A DNA stretch of 64,000 nucleotides from Octopus vulgaris (taxonomy: Eukaryota), in assembly GCA_951406725.2 (NCBI GenBank), contig OX597839.1:34348001-34412000 (forward strand), in the 5' to 3' direction. The notes under the pieces are model-generated. The model had not been told where the DNA came from, made no database searches, and saw only the letters and a list, made by a program, of their open reading frames with translations. The translations under genes and the position numbers were made by a program. Below, piece by piece: positions 11,898 to 24,570 of this stretch. The first letter of the stretch is position 1, and every line of letters starts with the position of its first letter.

Positions 11898-12407
11898 GGT
11901 GGTGGTGGTGGTGGTGGTGGTGGTGGTGGTTGTGGTGATGATGATGATGGTGGTGGTGGTGGTGATGATGATGATGGTGGTGGTGGTGGTGGTGATGATG
12001 GTGGTGGTGGTGATGATGATGATGATAGTGGTGGTGGTGGTGGTGATGATGATAGTGATGGTGGTGGTGGTGGTGATGATGATAGTGATGGTGATGGTGG
12101 TGGCGGTGGTGGTGGTGATGATGATAGTGGTGGTGGTGGTGGTGGTGGTGGTGATGATGATAGTGATGGTGGTGGTGGTGGTGATGATGATAGTGATGGT
12201 GATGGTGGTGGCGGTGGTGGTGGTGATGATGATGGTGGTGGTGGTGGTGGTGATGATGATGGTGGTGGTGGTGATGATGATGGTGGTGGTGGTGGTGATG
12301 ATGATGGTGGTGGTGATGATGATGGTGGTGGTGGTGGTGGTGGTGATGATGATGGTGGTGGTGGTGGTGGTGGTGATGATGGTGATGATGATGATGATGA
12401 TGGTGAT
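11858..12407. repeat. Expanded (GTG/ATG)n trinucleotide tract at a (GAT)n retroposon tail
   Basis: Follows GGATGTTAAAATG, the family C-like terminus; the poly-Val/Met ORF is an artefact. Confidence 0.95.
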
Positions 12408-12984
12408 AAACTATTACCCGCCTAGGAATGAATGAATGAAAAAAAAAAAAAACCTATTTTATTTATTTCTTTTATTAAAGTGCTTTCTCAGCGATAACTT
12501 GTAATATATTTATACCAAACTAATCTTCTATTCCGTGATGAAAAACAAACCCCCCCCCCACCCGATATCTGGACAGAAGTCAAAAATCATATAAACCCAT
12601 ACATTTTTCATCGTGCCCACTCGAGCCCGACTCTCCTTCGATTTTTATCATTATTATTAGTTTTAAAGTGAATTCAGGTGAAAAATAGTCATTCATTCCT
12701 GCATTGTAAATAAATCTTTACATTTCTGCTTCATTTCATCCTCTCACTATACACACTCAGTCTCTCTCTTTTTCCCTATTTTTGGTTTTATTTTTATGTT
12801 GTTGTTTGTTTTTTTTATATATATTTTTTTTACTATGCGTGTCACAGTTCTTTTCAATCCCCTGTTTTCTCTTCTTCCCCACCCCCATAACTTAATGGAA
12901 TGTTTGTTATATGTAATGTAATCTGATACAACAATCCCCCCCTCTCTCTCTCTCTCTCTCTCTTTCCCTGTGTGTAGATCAAAC

Positions 12985-13482
12985 ACTAACATACATATAT
13001 AATGTATACACCCTCACACACATACATGCACATATACACCCATATACATACACACATACACAATATAAACAGACATATTCATACACATGCACATACATAC
13101 ACCTACATATACACACAAATATGCATATATGCAAATTTATATATTTATATACACACATACATATATACATTTACATAAATATTTATATACACACACATAC
13201 ATATATACATTTACATATATATATTTATATACACACACATATATATATACATTTACATATATATATTTATATACACACACATATATATACATTTATATAT
13301 ATATTTATATACACATACATACATATATACATTTACATATATATATATATTTATATACACACACACACATATATATATATGTATACACACACATACATGT
13401 AAACATTTGTATATATTTATATAAACATACATACATACATACACATTTACAGACACCTCACCTACATTTATATACACATATA
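12985..13482. repeat. Degenerate (TA)/(CA) compound microsatellite
   Basis: Directly visible. Confidence 0.9.
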
Positions 13483-13965
13483 AACAAGCGTGGTGTGGCA
13501 GGTACTCTGTGCATGTATTTCTTGCTGATTTGCTTAACACAACAAACACTGAGAAAGTTGTCTGAGTATTCTTTATTTATTATATATATACAGCAAGGGG
13601 GAAAAAAATTGAACTCGTTTAAATTTACTGCAAGTTAATTAACCTTTACCCCAACCTCATTCATGACATTGTCAAACACACACACACGCGCGACACACAT
13701 ACACACAAACTTTTAAAGCATGCTCTCTCTCTCTCTTTCTCATACACACATACACGAATGTACAGAGTACATATTTCAGATAATTTATCTCCAAATGTTT
13801 GGAAGGTGTGAACGTTAGTTTTGTAAGAAAAAGACCAAATGAAAATGTAGAAGACCCGAGATTAAGTTGATACAAAGAAGGCATTGAGAGGAAGAAGTAA
13901 AAAAATAGCATAAAAACAAAAAAAAAGGGTAGAAAAATCACCAAGGAAATCCACCCCTAACAAAA

Positions 13966-14094
13966 ATGACAGGTTTGGGTGAACAAAACCCCTTTAAAAC
14001 GGATAAAACAGATACCAAATTTGGAGGTTTTACACCATGGTCTACAGGAATGGTTACCGAGAAAAGACATGAGCGGTTAGAAAATATAATCCAG
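13966..14094 (+). CDS. Candidate first coding exon, MTGLGEQNPFKTDKTDTKFGGFTPWSTGMVTEKRHERLENIIQ (product unknown)
   Basis: Unique sequence, CAAAA-ATG context, 43 open codons of ordinary composition ending at CAG|GTTGTT (phase 0); alternative donor GCG|GTTAGA at 14075. Confidence 0.5.
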
Positions 14095-14327
14095 GTTGTT
14101 CACCTAAATTTTCCATTCGTTTGAAAATTTGCTTTGAGTTCTTTTTATTATTATTATTATTTTCTATATTTCTTCTGCTTAGTTTTTGAGTCAGACTTTA
14201 TTTCGTTAGAATATTTTATGACTTCATTTATGGGTATAGTGTGTGTCTGTCTGTGTGTTTATATTGTTTATATATGTACCACACGTGTATGGGTGTAATT
14301 AAGTTAGTGCATGTGTGTGTGCATATA

Positions 14328-14359
<32 letters not shown>

Positions 14360-14369
14360 CATATATATA

Positions 14370-14512
14370 TAGTATTTAATTGTGTATAAGTCGCACCCCT
14401 TAATTTAGTATTAAATCTTGGTTCAAAATTTTATCCCTTCATAGTTTTAGCTTTGCCCCATATATAAGTCACACCCCAGTTTTTTCAGTTACTTATGCAT
14501 GAGCAAATACAG
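14370..14512. mobile_element. pogo/Tc1-like MITE
   Basis: Ends GTATTT..TGTATAAG / CTTATGCA..AAATACAG-TA; same family in opposite orientation at 47970-48138. Confidence 0.65.
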
Positions 14513-14560
14513 TATATAGATGTACGTATTTTGTGTATGTGTGTGTATGAGTGTGTATAT

Positions 14561-14782
14561 CACTGGTTTTCAACCAGGGTCCATTATGGCCCTTTAGGGT
14601 CCACATAAGGTTTTGTTGTTAAAATTTATGAGCAATAAATTGCTTATATTTCTACAATACACAAAACATTTCAACAATTGTTTTTAAACAATTCCTAATA
14701 ATGTTTAATTAAAAAAGTATAAATAGGATTTTTAAAATCTAGTAGGGTCCATCCTGGTAAAATAGAAATCAAATGGGGCCAG
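14561..14782. mobile_element. hAT/Charlie-like MITE fragment
   Basis: Starts CACTGGTTTTCAACCAGGGTCC with repeated GGGTCCA subterminal motifs; right TIR not found. Confidence 0.45.
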
Positions 14783-15556
14783 AAATTTTTTTTAAAATGG
14801 TCATTTGCATTTTTTTTTTTGACATGTGCCATCTCATTACTGTTTGTTTTTGTTTATATCTGTGGAAACTTTTTTGTGTGTGTGTTTTTGCTGGGTCAGT
14901 TTATTGTTTTATATATTCCGCTATTTTGTCTGAATGTACAAAAGTACTCCTGTCTGGATTTGAACTCATTATAACTGCATCGTTTCCCCTGCCCTAATTC
15001 AGTCTATATATTTCTCCTCCACCACATACCAACACACACACACACACACACCAACACTCCCACCCACACACAGTTGGTTTTAAGAAAAAAAAAATCTTGT
15101 TTTATTAGGTTATAGCAATTTCATTTGTGAATCTCATTCAGCACAACCCCTTCAAATTGGGGGGAAAGTGTAGAAAAACAAACTGACAACTTGTAATATT
15201 GATTAAATTAAGGCAAGTTCTTGATCTAAATCGTGCTCATTTTCTTTCTTTTTTCTTGTTGCCTGATCTCATTTTGAATAACCCGCCTTCATCTTGCGGG
15301 GGACCAATAGAACAACTGCCTGTACTCTACGCTGTAAGAAGTAGTTCAAATGCAACAAGCAGATCATAACCACATGTGCCAACATTTACCTCTCGTATGT
15401 CTTGGAGCAGTCACCATGAAAAAAATTTGGCAGTTATAGTTGATAAGGGCTTAGAGTTGATCCCTGAAAACACATGTATGCTTATATGCTGATCCCTACA
15501 TACAAATATACACATACTCTGTCAACTTATTGGGATTTAATTGTTTTTATTATATA

Positions 15557-16297
15557 CCGTATTTGATGGTATAAGAAGATGAAATGAGAAAGAAATAAAT
15601 GACTATCTTATGAACTTCGTTAGCTTACAGCTGTGTCTATTATAAGATGCGCTGGGCTCATAGTTGAGCACCAGAGTAACACCTTATTGCTTCGATGGAA
15701 CCTCGATGGTTAGGGTATGTAAAACACACTTTTTTTCCCCCCAAAGATGTCTCTAAAAATGACTCCTGAGTCCTATATGCAAAGTGGTGGGGGCCCTTCT
15801 TTGCATGTTTTAATACAACAAAAATCTTTCTTATCTTGAATATATGCTACTGAAATTGGGAGCATCCAGGACTGGATTTTTATATGGGCCAATATGGGCC
15901 ATGGCCCAGGGCCCCCTTTAACTCAGGGAAGCCTAGAGCTTGGGGTTAAAACTTGAAAAATGTATTTACAACAATCAAATGAATAATTTATAATTTTTTT
16001 TACTTGCTTAAGTTCTTTTAATCTGATAGAGTTCCTTTAGAATTATTGAGCCCTTTCTCTATTTATTAGGTCCTTTTAGATTTAAAAAGCTGTTAATTTA
16101 ACTAAGTCACTCTGAATCTGCTGATGCTTTTTAAATTTGCAGCCCCTACATTTAATGGAGCACTCATTATTTTATGTTTTGAATTAGCAAAATTACAAAG
16201 GACCCCAAAACCTCTTAGCACAGGGGCCTCATTAGATCTAAATCCAACCATGGGTGCATCTAATATTCCCATGCGTCTTTTATGCCATCAATTACAG
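15557..16297. mobile_element. pogo/Tc2-like non-autonomous element with nested insertions
   Basis: TA|CCGTATTTGATGGTATAA..AAGA and TCTTTTATGCCATCAATTACAG|TA are imperfect TIRs with a TA duplication. Confidence 0.7.
15867..16252. mobile_element. hAT MITE nested in the pogo-like element
   Basis: TIRs CAGGACTGGATTT / AAATCCAACCATG (10 of 13 match); 8-bp TSD GGAGCATC 15859-15866 / GGTGCATC 16253-16260; GGGCC subterminal motifs. Confidence 0.8.
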
Positions 16298-16574
16298 TAT
16301 CAGTTTTGAGTTCAGAACTATGGCTGACTTTATTTGTAATATTTATTGAACTTCAATATGAATTTACACTTTTTCTAGAATCTAGAACAACTGCCCCACA
16401 CTTGACACCTGCCCCACTCTTGACAGTTGCCCCAATCATGAGAAAATTTAGAATAAGCACACTATGAGGTGGGGGTACAAATAATTTTTAGTAAAACTTA
16501 TGAGTTTTATTTTCATGTTTTATTTGTTAGTCAATAAGAATTATCCAATAACAAGATTTATATTGTTTATTTTT

Positions 16575-17000
16575 TTTGTCTTGCAAGTACTTGGTGACCC
16601 TGTCAGTGTAGGTGCATTTAAAAGCACCCAGTCCACACTGTAAAGGGGTTGGTGTTAGGAAGGGCATCCAGCTGCAAAAAACCTTTCCAAAACTGACCTC
16701 GCCTGTGCTTGTGCCACATAAAAGTATTAAGCCCACACTGTAGAGTGGTTGGTGTTTGGAAGGGCATCCAACTGTAAAAACCTTGCCAAAACTGACCTCG
16801 CCTGTGCTTGTGTCACATAAAAAGCACTAAGTCCACTCTGCTGAGTGGTTGGTGTTAGGAAGGGCATCCAGCTGTAAAAATTCTGCCAAAACAGCTGCAG
16901 AGGTCTGGTGCAAGCTTCTGCCTGGCTGGCTCTTATGAAACTGTCCCACCCATGCCAGCATGGAAGGCAGACGTTAAATGATGATGATGATGATGATGAT
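16575..17000 (+). mobile_element. SINE-like family C ((GAT)n tail) with internal ~100-bp triplication
   Basis: GGTTGGTGTT.GGAAGGGCATCCA.CTG at about 16648, 16747 and 16847; ends GACGTTAAATGATGATG. Confidence 0.8.
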
Positions 17001-17283
17001 ATAATTAAAATTTCAAGTTGTGGGCGTTTAACGTCCGTTCTCCATATGGGTTGACTGACCGGGGTTCTGGGAAGCCAGAAGGCTGCACCAGGCTCCAGTC
17101 TAATCTGGCAATGTTTCTACAGCTGAGATATAATAAATTGAAATAAGAGCATTGTAGTTTTCTTGAAACATTGTAATATCGAAGAAGGGGAAAAGGGAAA
17201 ATATGAAAGTTTCTGACAATGCAGAAAGTTCCACAAAACCTTTATTATTTCAAGTGCAAAGGCCCATCCTCAGAAGAAAAACA

Positions 17284-17482
17284 AGGTGGCAAGCTGGCAG
17301 AAATGTTAGCACACTGGGTGAAATGCTTAGCAGTATTTCTTCTGTCTTTACATTCTGAGTTCAAATTCCACTGAGATCGACTTTACCTTTCATGCTTTCG
17401 GGGACAATAAATTAAGTACCAGTTGCATACTGGGGCCGATTTAAACGACTGGCCCCCTCCCCCCAAATTTCAGGCATTGTGC
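17284..17482 (+). mobile_element. SINE family B subfamily (CCCTCCCCCAAATTTCAGGC tail)
   Basis: AGGTGGCAAGCTGGCAGAA head, GAGTTCAAATTCC B box; similar to 51320-51485 and 53870-54079. Confidence 0.85.
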
Positions 17483-18319
17483 ATCAGAAGAAAAACAGTC
17501 TGGAAAATAATAATTGATAATTGATAATAATAATTACACAATAAATAATTGCCAGGGGTCAGTTATCTGGGGGTAGTTGTGTAGAGGTTAGTTGTCTTGT
17601 TAGCCAGAGTAAGAAATCATTATTCAAATGTGAAATTTTCCTTTGCTCTATCTAGAATAACACAGTGATCTTTGGCCTGCTATAGATTCTAGTGTGTGTA
17701 TGGTGTGGTGTGTGAGGGTGAATATGTACATAACATATATATAGCAGTAGTAACACATGCTAGCATATTCAACACGTGTAATTTTATCCAGATATTGTAT
17801 ATTTTCTCAGAGTCATTTAAATGTAATGCGGTTCAGAATGGAATGGTACTGAAACATTTGTAGCGAGTATTAAAACTTGTGCTCCACTGATTCTTCGTCT
17901 TCTGTCTTGACTTCTATAAAGGCATGGCTGTGTGGTAAGAAGCTTGCTTCCCAACCACATGGTTCTAGGGTCAGCTTGGCACCAGTGACATCACAACTCA
18001 TTTTTACAGATAAGTGAACTGGAGCAATGTGGAACAAAGTGTCTTGCTCAAGAACACGACACACAGCCTGGTCAAGGAATCGAACTCACTACCTCATGAT
18101 TGCATGCCTGATGCTCTAACCACTGAGCTGTGCACCTTCACATTAGCATATTTAGGCATATGTAAATATTTCAAATTAGCTGTTGTTGCTGTGATCTTGG
18201 AGGGCTATGATCAAAAACATTCCTTTTATGACCACCCTGTTTTAATTAGAGGAGTTATATAGGATTACCTTATTCAACACATCCTTCTCTTTATTCTTAC
18301 TATCTTTTTTAATTAATCC

Positions 18320-18365
18320 TATTACAATGTATGTGTACGTATGTGTGTGTACACATATACATACA

Positions 18366-18402
<37 letters not shown>

Positions 18403-18438
18403 ATATAGATATATATATATATATAAACATATATATAA

Positions 18439-18494
<56 letters not shown>

Positions 18495-18520
18495 ACATTA
18501 ACACACTGTGTGTATGTATG
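18320..18520. repeat. (TA)n/(CA)n microsatellite
   Basis: Directly visible. Confidence 0.9.
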
Positions 18521-18777
18521 TGCGGGTTTAAGAGGTATTCAAGTCTTGAGTTATCTTTGAATTTAAGTGTGTGTATATATATATATATGTGTTTGGGTAT
18601 GTGTGTATATATTTTGTTGATTTATCTATATGACACTTAGGTATGTATGTATGTATCCGTGTAGAGGTGCAGTTTGACATATATTTCAAGGTCCAATTAA
18701 CTGTCCTTATGAGGAAGACCATGATCATGAATATTTCTTCTTTATTTATTTATAGTTATCAACCATTTCAACAATCT

Positions 18778-18960
18778 GATGTTGTTTAGCCCCAGGTCAG
18801 CTCTGACAAGGCAGGCATGTAGTCAAAATATTCCAGCCATGACCATCCCATATTATTTTCAGAAAATGTGCCAGCCACTTTTTAAGCTGGCATGGGTGTA
18901 AGTTGTGAGGAATTTAGCTGTTGTTTCTAGCAGGTTGAACTACCATTCAGATGTTTTTTC
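18778..18960 (+). repeat. Ancient ~200-250-bp interspersed repeat, family F (other copies near 23005, 37905, 47272, 48165, 51510, 57160, 57500)
   Basis: Shared motifs TTTAGCCCCAGGTCAG, CTATGATCAAA..TTCCAGCC.TGACCATCCCA and GATTTGGCTGCTATTTCTAGCAG. Confidence 0.65.
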
Positions 18961-18984
18961 AGTGGTTATTAGTTTAACCCTGTA

Positions 18985-19392
18985 CGTAGGAGTGGCTGTG
19001 TGGTAAGTAGCTTGTTTACCAACCACATGGTTCCGGGTTCAGTCCCACTGCGTGGCACCTTGGGCAAGTGTCTTCTACTATAGCCTCGGGCCGACCAAAG
19101 CCTTGTGAGTGGATTTGGTAGACGGAAACTGAAAGAAGCCCGTCGTATATATGTATATATATATATGTATGTGTGTGTGTTTGTGTGTCTGTGTTTGTCC
19201 CCCTAGCATTGCTTGATAACCGATGCTGGTGTGTTTATGTCCCCATAACTTAGTGGTTTGGCAAAAAGAGACCAATAGAATAAGTACTAGGCTTACAAAG
19301 GATAAGTCCTGGGGTCGATTTGCTCGACTTAAGGTGGTGCTCCAGCATGGCTGCAGTCAAATGACTGAAACAAGTAAAAGAATAAAAGAATA
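18985..19392 (+). mobile_element. SINE family A, full length, young
   Basis: Complete head, body and tail ending GTAAAAGAATAAAAGAATAA. Confidence 0.95.
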
Positions 19393-19406
19393 AATTGTGT
19401 TTTTAG

Positions 19407-19534
19407 GTTCGTCTTTTATTCAGAGACCAAAACTAGGCTCCATGTTTCCTTCCTTGCAACCGAGTATTTTTTCACCATTCTCAACAAACTCAACATTTCC
19501 ACCATCACCTTCTAAAAACCCGTTAAGCCACGAG
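19407..19534 (+). CDS. Candidate Ser/Pro-rich exon SSFIQRPKLGSMFPSLQPSIFSPFSTNSTFPPSPSKNPLSHE
   Basis: Acceptor TGTGTTTTTAG|G, donor GAG|GTTCGT, open frame (phase 1 to 0; in-frame ATG at 19442); unique sequence. Confidence 0.4.
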
Positions 19535-19889
19535 GTTCGTTTACTGCTGCCTTTTCTTTCATTTCGTATAGTGCTGAGATTCAAATAAATATTCGCTGTA
19601 ATTGTGTTTTTTCCTGGCATTCTCACTGATGGAGATGTCTGAGGCTCGTTAGACAATCAGTGACGATAATATTTTAGTTGACCTTTTCCCAGCTGCTAAT
19701 TTAAATCTTGCTCTGGGGTGGAGTGAGACAGAGTTTGTTTACTGTTCATCTGTGTTAACTTATTGAAAGGGTATTGGGTAAACACATAAACCCCACCGCA
19801 CCCTGTAAAGTTATCTGGGTAGCTTTGCAAATTATTTTGTTTGTTGAAAGTTAACCTAATACCAAATTGGAAAAACAATGGATGTATAA

Positions 19890-20447
19890 TGTGGCTGTAT
19901 GGTTAAGTAGCTTGCTTACCAACCACATGGTTCCAGGTTCAGTCCCACTGTGTGGCATCTTGGGCAAGTGTCTTCTGCTATAGCCCCGGGCCGACCAATG
20001 CTTGTGAGTGGATTTGGTAGATGGAAACTGAAAGAAGCCTGTCGTATATATGTATATATATATATATGTGTGTGTGTTTGTGTGTGTGTTTGTCCCCCTA
20101 GCATTGCTTGACAACCGATGCTGGTGTGTTTACGTCCCCATCACTTAGCGGTTCGGCAAAAGAGACCGACAGAATAAGTACTGGGCTTACAAAGAATAAG
20201 GCCCGGGGTCGATTTGCTCGACTAAAGGCGGTGCTCCAGCATGGCCGCAGTCAAATGACTGAAACAAGTAAAAGAGTAAAGAGTATATAATGTGGCTGTA
20301 TGGTTAAGAAGCTCACTTTGCAACCACAGAGTTCCAGGTTCAGTCCCACTGCATGGCACCTTGGGTAAGTGTCTTTTACTATAGCTGCAGGCCGACCAAG
20401 GCCTTGTGAGTGGATTTGGTAGACAGACACCGAAAGAAGGTAGTCAT

Positions 20448-20479
<32 letters not shown>

Positions 20480-20588
20480 ATGTATGTTTGTGTCTATGTT
20501 TGTCTCCATTCACTGCTTGATAACCTGTGTAAGTGTATTTTTGTCCCTGTAACTTAGCAGAAAAGACCAATAGAATAAGCACCAGGGT
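19890..20588 (+). mobile_element. Two tandem SINE family A copies (young 19890-20283, older 20290-20588)
   Basis: Both begin TATAATGTGGCTGTATGGTTAAG. Confidence 0.9.
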
Positions 20589-20592
20589 TTAA

Positions 20593-20813
20593 CCCTTTCG
20601 TTACTGTATTTCTGTTGAGATGCTCTGTGTTTCTCTCAATTACTTTAAATATAACAAAGAATTTAGTAAAATAACTTAGCTTTCATTCAGCTAGTGTTAG
20701 GAATATAAATTGTGACTAAGGTTTGGTGGAAGATTTTAATTTAAAACTTATGAAAACAAGGCATTTGTACTACAGAGCCAGAGACGGTTTTGGTCGGGTT
20801 GGTATCAGAGGGG
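20593..20813. mobile_element. TTAA-specific (piggyBac-like) MITE
   Basis: TTAA|CCCTTTCGTTAC...GTATCAGAGGGG|TTAA, interrupting a SINE tail. Confidence 0.8.
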
Positions 20814-20896
20814 TTAAAGAGAAATAAAGTTCAACTAAAATCCTTTGACTTCTGCTTTCCATGCTGGCATGTGTTGGATGGTTTGACAGGAGCCAG

Positions 20897-21215
20897 CAAG
20901 CTGGCAGAATGGTTAGTACACCAGGCAAAATGCTTAGCAGCATTTCCTCTCTCTTTACGTTCTGAGTTCAAATTCTACTGGGGTCAACATTGCTTGTCGT
21001 CCTTTCAAGGTCAAGGAAATGAATACCAGTTAAATACTAGGGTCACTACAATCAACAAGCCCCTGCACTAAAATTTCAGAACTTATGCACGTAGTACTGG
21101 GGTCAACATTGCTTGTCATCCTTTCAAGGTCAAGGAGATACCAGTTAAATACTAGGGTCAATGCAATCAATTAGCCCCGCACTAAAATTTCAGACCTTAT
21201 GCACGTAGTACAAAG
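20897..21215 (+). mobile_element. Old SINE family B with ~118-bp tandem duplication
   Basis: ACTGGGGTCAACATTGCTTGTC...CTTATGCACGTAGTA occurs at about 20977 and 21096. Confidence 0.75.
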
Positions 21216-21619
21216 GATTATTTAAAGCTTTGTGTGATGTACATTGAGAGCCAATATTCCAAAAAAGGATTTATATACATATATATATACACACATATAT
21301 ACATGTGAAATTATGTGTGTATATTTTCATTTGATGAGGCAGTGACGAGAGAAGATTATTGTAATAACTAGAGTAAACAGAAATCAGCAATCCAAAGGGA
21401 TTTACTATAAGTAGCTTCTGGAAAGTTCCATTCATATGCATGATGAAAATAACACATGTGGAAACTTTACTAGCAGGAGGACGCTGTCTTTTTTCTCCCT
21501 CTCTCCTTCACCTTTTCTCTCTTCCCTTCTGGTATCTGAATTTACCTTTATTTTTCTAACCCTCTTTAACTTTCTCTGATGTCTGCTCCTCTCTCTCTCT
21601 CTATCTCTCTTTCTCTTCA

Positions 21620-21696
<77 letters not shown>

Positions 21697-21913
21697 GTTA
21701 TCCAAACATTGCCACATAAGACTGGAGCCTGGTGCAGCCTTCTGGCTTCCCAGATTGGACGTCAGGAAACCATCCAACCCATGCTAGCAAGGAGAACGGA
21801 CGTTAGAACGAATGATGATGATGACGGATGATACATACATACATACAACGGTACACACACGCGGTCACGTGTGTGTGTGTGTATGTATGTATGTATGTAT
21901 ATATATATGTGTA

Positions 21914-22315
21914 GGCATGGCTGTGTGGTAAGAAGCTTGCTTCCCAACCACATGGTTCCAAGTTCAGTTCCACTGCGTGACATCTTGAGCGAGTGTCTTC
22001 TACTATAGCCTCAGGCTGACCCAAAGCCTTGTGAGTGGATTTAGTAGACAGAAACTGAAAGAAGCCTGTCGTATATATGTATGCATATATATATTTATGT
22101 GTGTGTGTCTTTGTGTCTGTGTTTGTCCTCCCACCATCGTTTGACAAGCGATTTTGGTGTGTTTATGTTTTTGAAACTTAGCAGTTCAGCAAAAGAAACT
22201 AATAGAATAAGTACTAGGCTTACAAAGAATAAGTCTTGGGGACGATCTCTTCGACTAAAGGTGGTGTTCCAACTTGGCCACAATCAAATGACTGACGCAA
22301 GTAAAAGAATAAAAG

Positions 22316-22318
<3 letters not shown>
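21914..22318 (+). mobile_element. SINE family A
   Basis: Head, body and tail present. Confidence 0.9.
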
Positions 22319-22347
<29 letters not shown>

Positions 22348-22350
<3 letters not shown>

Positions 22351-22582
22351 TTATATATAAAACTGTAGTTGTGTGAGTGTCTGTCCCCTTAGATTTTGAT
22401 TCCTAACTACTCCCACATTTTGCGGTGCAGTTTAACCAAAACCGGGTATCTTATAGTCGTAATTCATATCGAGCTCTTCTGCCGTATTAGTGCGCGTCTA
22501 CGATGAGTCACGATTTTAAAAATAATTTACCATCATTTTTTTCCATTTTAACGCATATTTTTTTAATAGGGGGACAGTAACT
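22348..22582 (+). mobile_element. Non-autonomous Helitron family H1, 3'-truncated
   Basis: A|TCTTTATATATAAAA start; body matches 24871-25256 and 37010-37407. Confidence 0.8.
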
Positions 22583-22690
22583 CAGACAGTACACAAACAC
22601 ATACTCACACACATATATACATATATACGACAGGCTTCTTTCAGTTTCCGTCTACCAAATCCACTCACAAGGCATTGGTCGGCCCGGGGC

Positions 22691-22727
<37 letters not shown>

Positions 22728-23488
22728 GTCCAGTCCATGCTAGCATGGACAATGGATGTTAAAACATGATGATGATGATGATGACATACATATCTATCTC
22801 TCTCTCTGTCTATCTTTCATTCTTTAGCAATCTATCAATCTCTCTCTCCCACCCTCCCTCTTTTCTCCCCTTTCTCTCCCCCCCCTCCTACTCTAACGTT
22901 TATTTTACTCCTCCTCCCTTTCATTCAAAGTCTTATTTATTTTCCTTTGCCAATGTCAGTCAGCTGAAATAGATTGTTTTTTTGTGGGAGATATGTTGAG
23001 TTGTTGTTGTTATTTAGACCCCCCAGGGCTGCTCTGATCAAGCAGAGAGAGTGGGTGGTGTGGGTGGGAGGAATAAAAACTTCCTATGATCAAAGATGTG
23101 CCCAGCCATGACATTCCCATCTGTTTCCAGACATAGGGTACCCAGGGTCACACAATCCAGTCTGTCCTTCCTTTCATTAAGACTGTAGGGTGAGATTCAA
23201 GGGAGAGTTACCTGTTATTTCAAGCAGGCTAAATGGTCACATGTAGGCAATCTACAGAGATAGAGAATTTATCATACTCAAAGAAATTACTCTGGGAATT
23301 CTTTAAAGGTTTATTTTTAATCTTAGGAAACCATTACACTTTGCTTACCTTTTGATATCAATCCACCTGAGACCCTCTCTGGTCCCGTGGTACAAACTTC
23401 ATGCTCTACAGTAATCTAGATTAAAATATTCCATCAAATTTCCATGTTCGTTTATGTTCCAAAACACCAGCTTAATAACGACAGAGTT

Positions 23489-24090
23489 CATCATCATCAT
23501 CATCATCGTTTAACGTCCGCTTTCCATGCTAGCATGGGTTGGACGGTTCAACTGGGGTCTGGGGAGCCCGAAGGCTGCACCTAGGTCAGTCAGATCTGGC
23601 AGTGTTTCTACAGCTGGATGCCCTTCCTAACGCCAACCACTCCGAGAGTGTAGTGGGTGATTTTATGTGCCAGACAAGGCTGGCAGACGGCCACGCTCGG
23701 ATGGTGTTTTTTATGTGCCACCGACACAGGTGCCAGACGAGGCTGGCGGACGGCCACGCTCGGATGGTGTTTTTTATGTGCCACCGACACAGGTGCCAGA
23801 CAAGGCTGGCGAATGGCCACGCTCGGATGGTGTTTTTTATGTGCCACCGACACAGGTGCCAGACGAGGCTGGCGAACGGCCACGCTCGGATGGTGTTTTT
23901 TATGTGCCACCGACACAGGTGCCAGACGAGGCTGGCAGACGGCCACGCTCGGATGGTGTTCTTTATGTGCCACCGACACAGGTGCCAGACGAGGCTGGCG
24001 AATGGCCACGCTCGGATGGTGTTTTTTATGTGCCACCGACACAGGTGCCAGACGAGGCTGGCGGACGGCCACGCTCGGATGGTGTTTTTT
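23489..24090 (-). mobile_element. SINE-like family C with an internal 63-bp minisatellite
   Basis: CATCATCGTTTAACGTCC end; GGATGCCCTTCCTAACGCCAACC motif; splits MITE sequence AGAGTT|ATTTAACT. Confidence 0.85.
23661..24090. repeat. 63-bp GC-rich minisatellite, about 7 units
   Basis: Unit TTTTATGTGCCACCGACACAGGTGCCAGACGAGGCTGGCGAACGGCCACGCTCGGATGGTGTT; 21-aa periodic ORFs in four frames. Confidence 0.95.
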
Positions 24091-24277
24091 ATTTAACTAA
24101 ATTCTTAATTATCTCAGAAATTAATTGAAACAAAGGCAATATATTCTAGCAGAAATATGGTAACAAAAGTGATACGAATTCAAACTTTCTATTGAAATTT
24201 CATGTTAATTTATGTTCCAAAACACCAGCTTAATAATGACAGAGTTATTTAACTAAATTCTTCATTAATTTCAAAAG

Positions 24278-24570
24278 TGGCTATGTGGTATGTAGCTTGT
24301 TTACCAACCACATGGTTCCGGGTTCAGTCCCACTGCGTAGCACCTTGGGCAAGTGTCTTCTACTTTAGCCTCGGGCCGACCAAAGCCTTGTGAGTGGATT
24401 TGGTAGACGGAAACTGAAAGAAGCCCGTCGTATATATGTATATATATATATATGTTTGTGTACTGGGCTTACAAAAGAATAAGTCCCGGGGTCAAGTTGC
24501 TCGATTAAAGGCGGTGCTCCAGCATGGCCGCAGTCAAATGACTGAAACAAGTAAAAGAGTAAAGAGTAAA
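24278..24570 (+). mobile_element. SINE family A with internal deletion
   Basis: Head and tail intact, middle missing. Confidence 0.85.

Larger units (their letters stand above)
16380..17605. mobile_element. Possible old TIR element with subterminal repeats, filled by SINEs
   Basis: Three ACA(A/C/G)(C/T)TGCCCC motifs at left and inverse GGGG.CAGTT/GGTAGTTGT motifs at about 17554-17605; exact ends and TSD unclear. Confidence 0.3.

Noticed and set aside
11845-12435. Poly-Val/Met 196-aa ORF (and the HT, YI, SL, VC dipeptide ORFs across the window)
   Set aside because: Microsatellite translations
15620-15715. Hammerhead half (palindromic ACAGCTGT stem III on the minus strand)
   Set aside because: GAAA is mutated to GACA and the CUGANGA half is missing
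17870-17913. Minus-strand terminal exon EVKTEDEESVEHKF-stop
   Set aside because: Acceptor context is supplied by an adjacent SINE head, and no credible upstream partner exon was found
23349-23415. Minus-strand exon ITVEHEVCTTGPERVSGGLISK with AAG|GTAAGC donor
   Set aside because: The donor is the terminal repeat of the TTAA-type MITE and the sequence is MITE interior
23539-24128. Four overlapping ORFs of 147-185 aa
   Set aside because: Produced by the 63-bp minisatellite inside a SINE-like element; open in several frames on both strands
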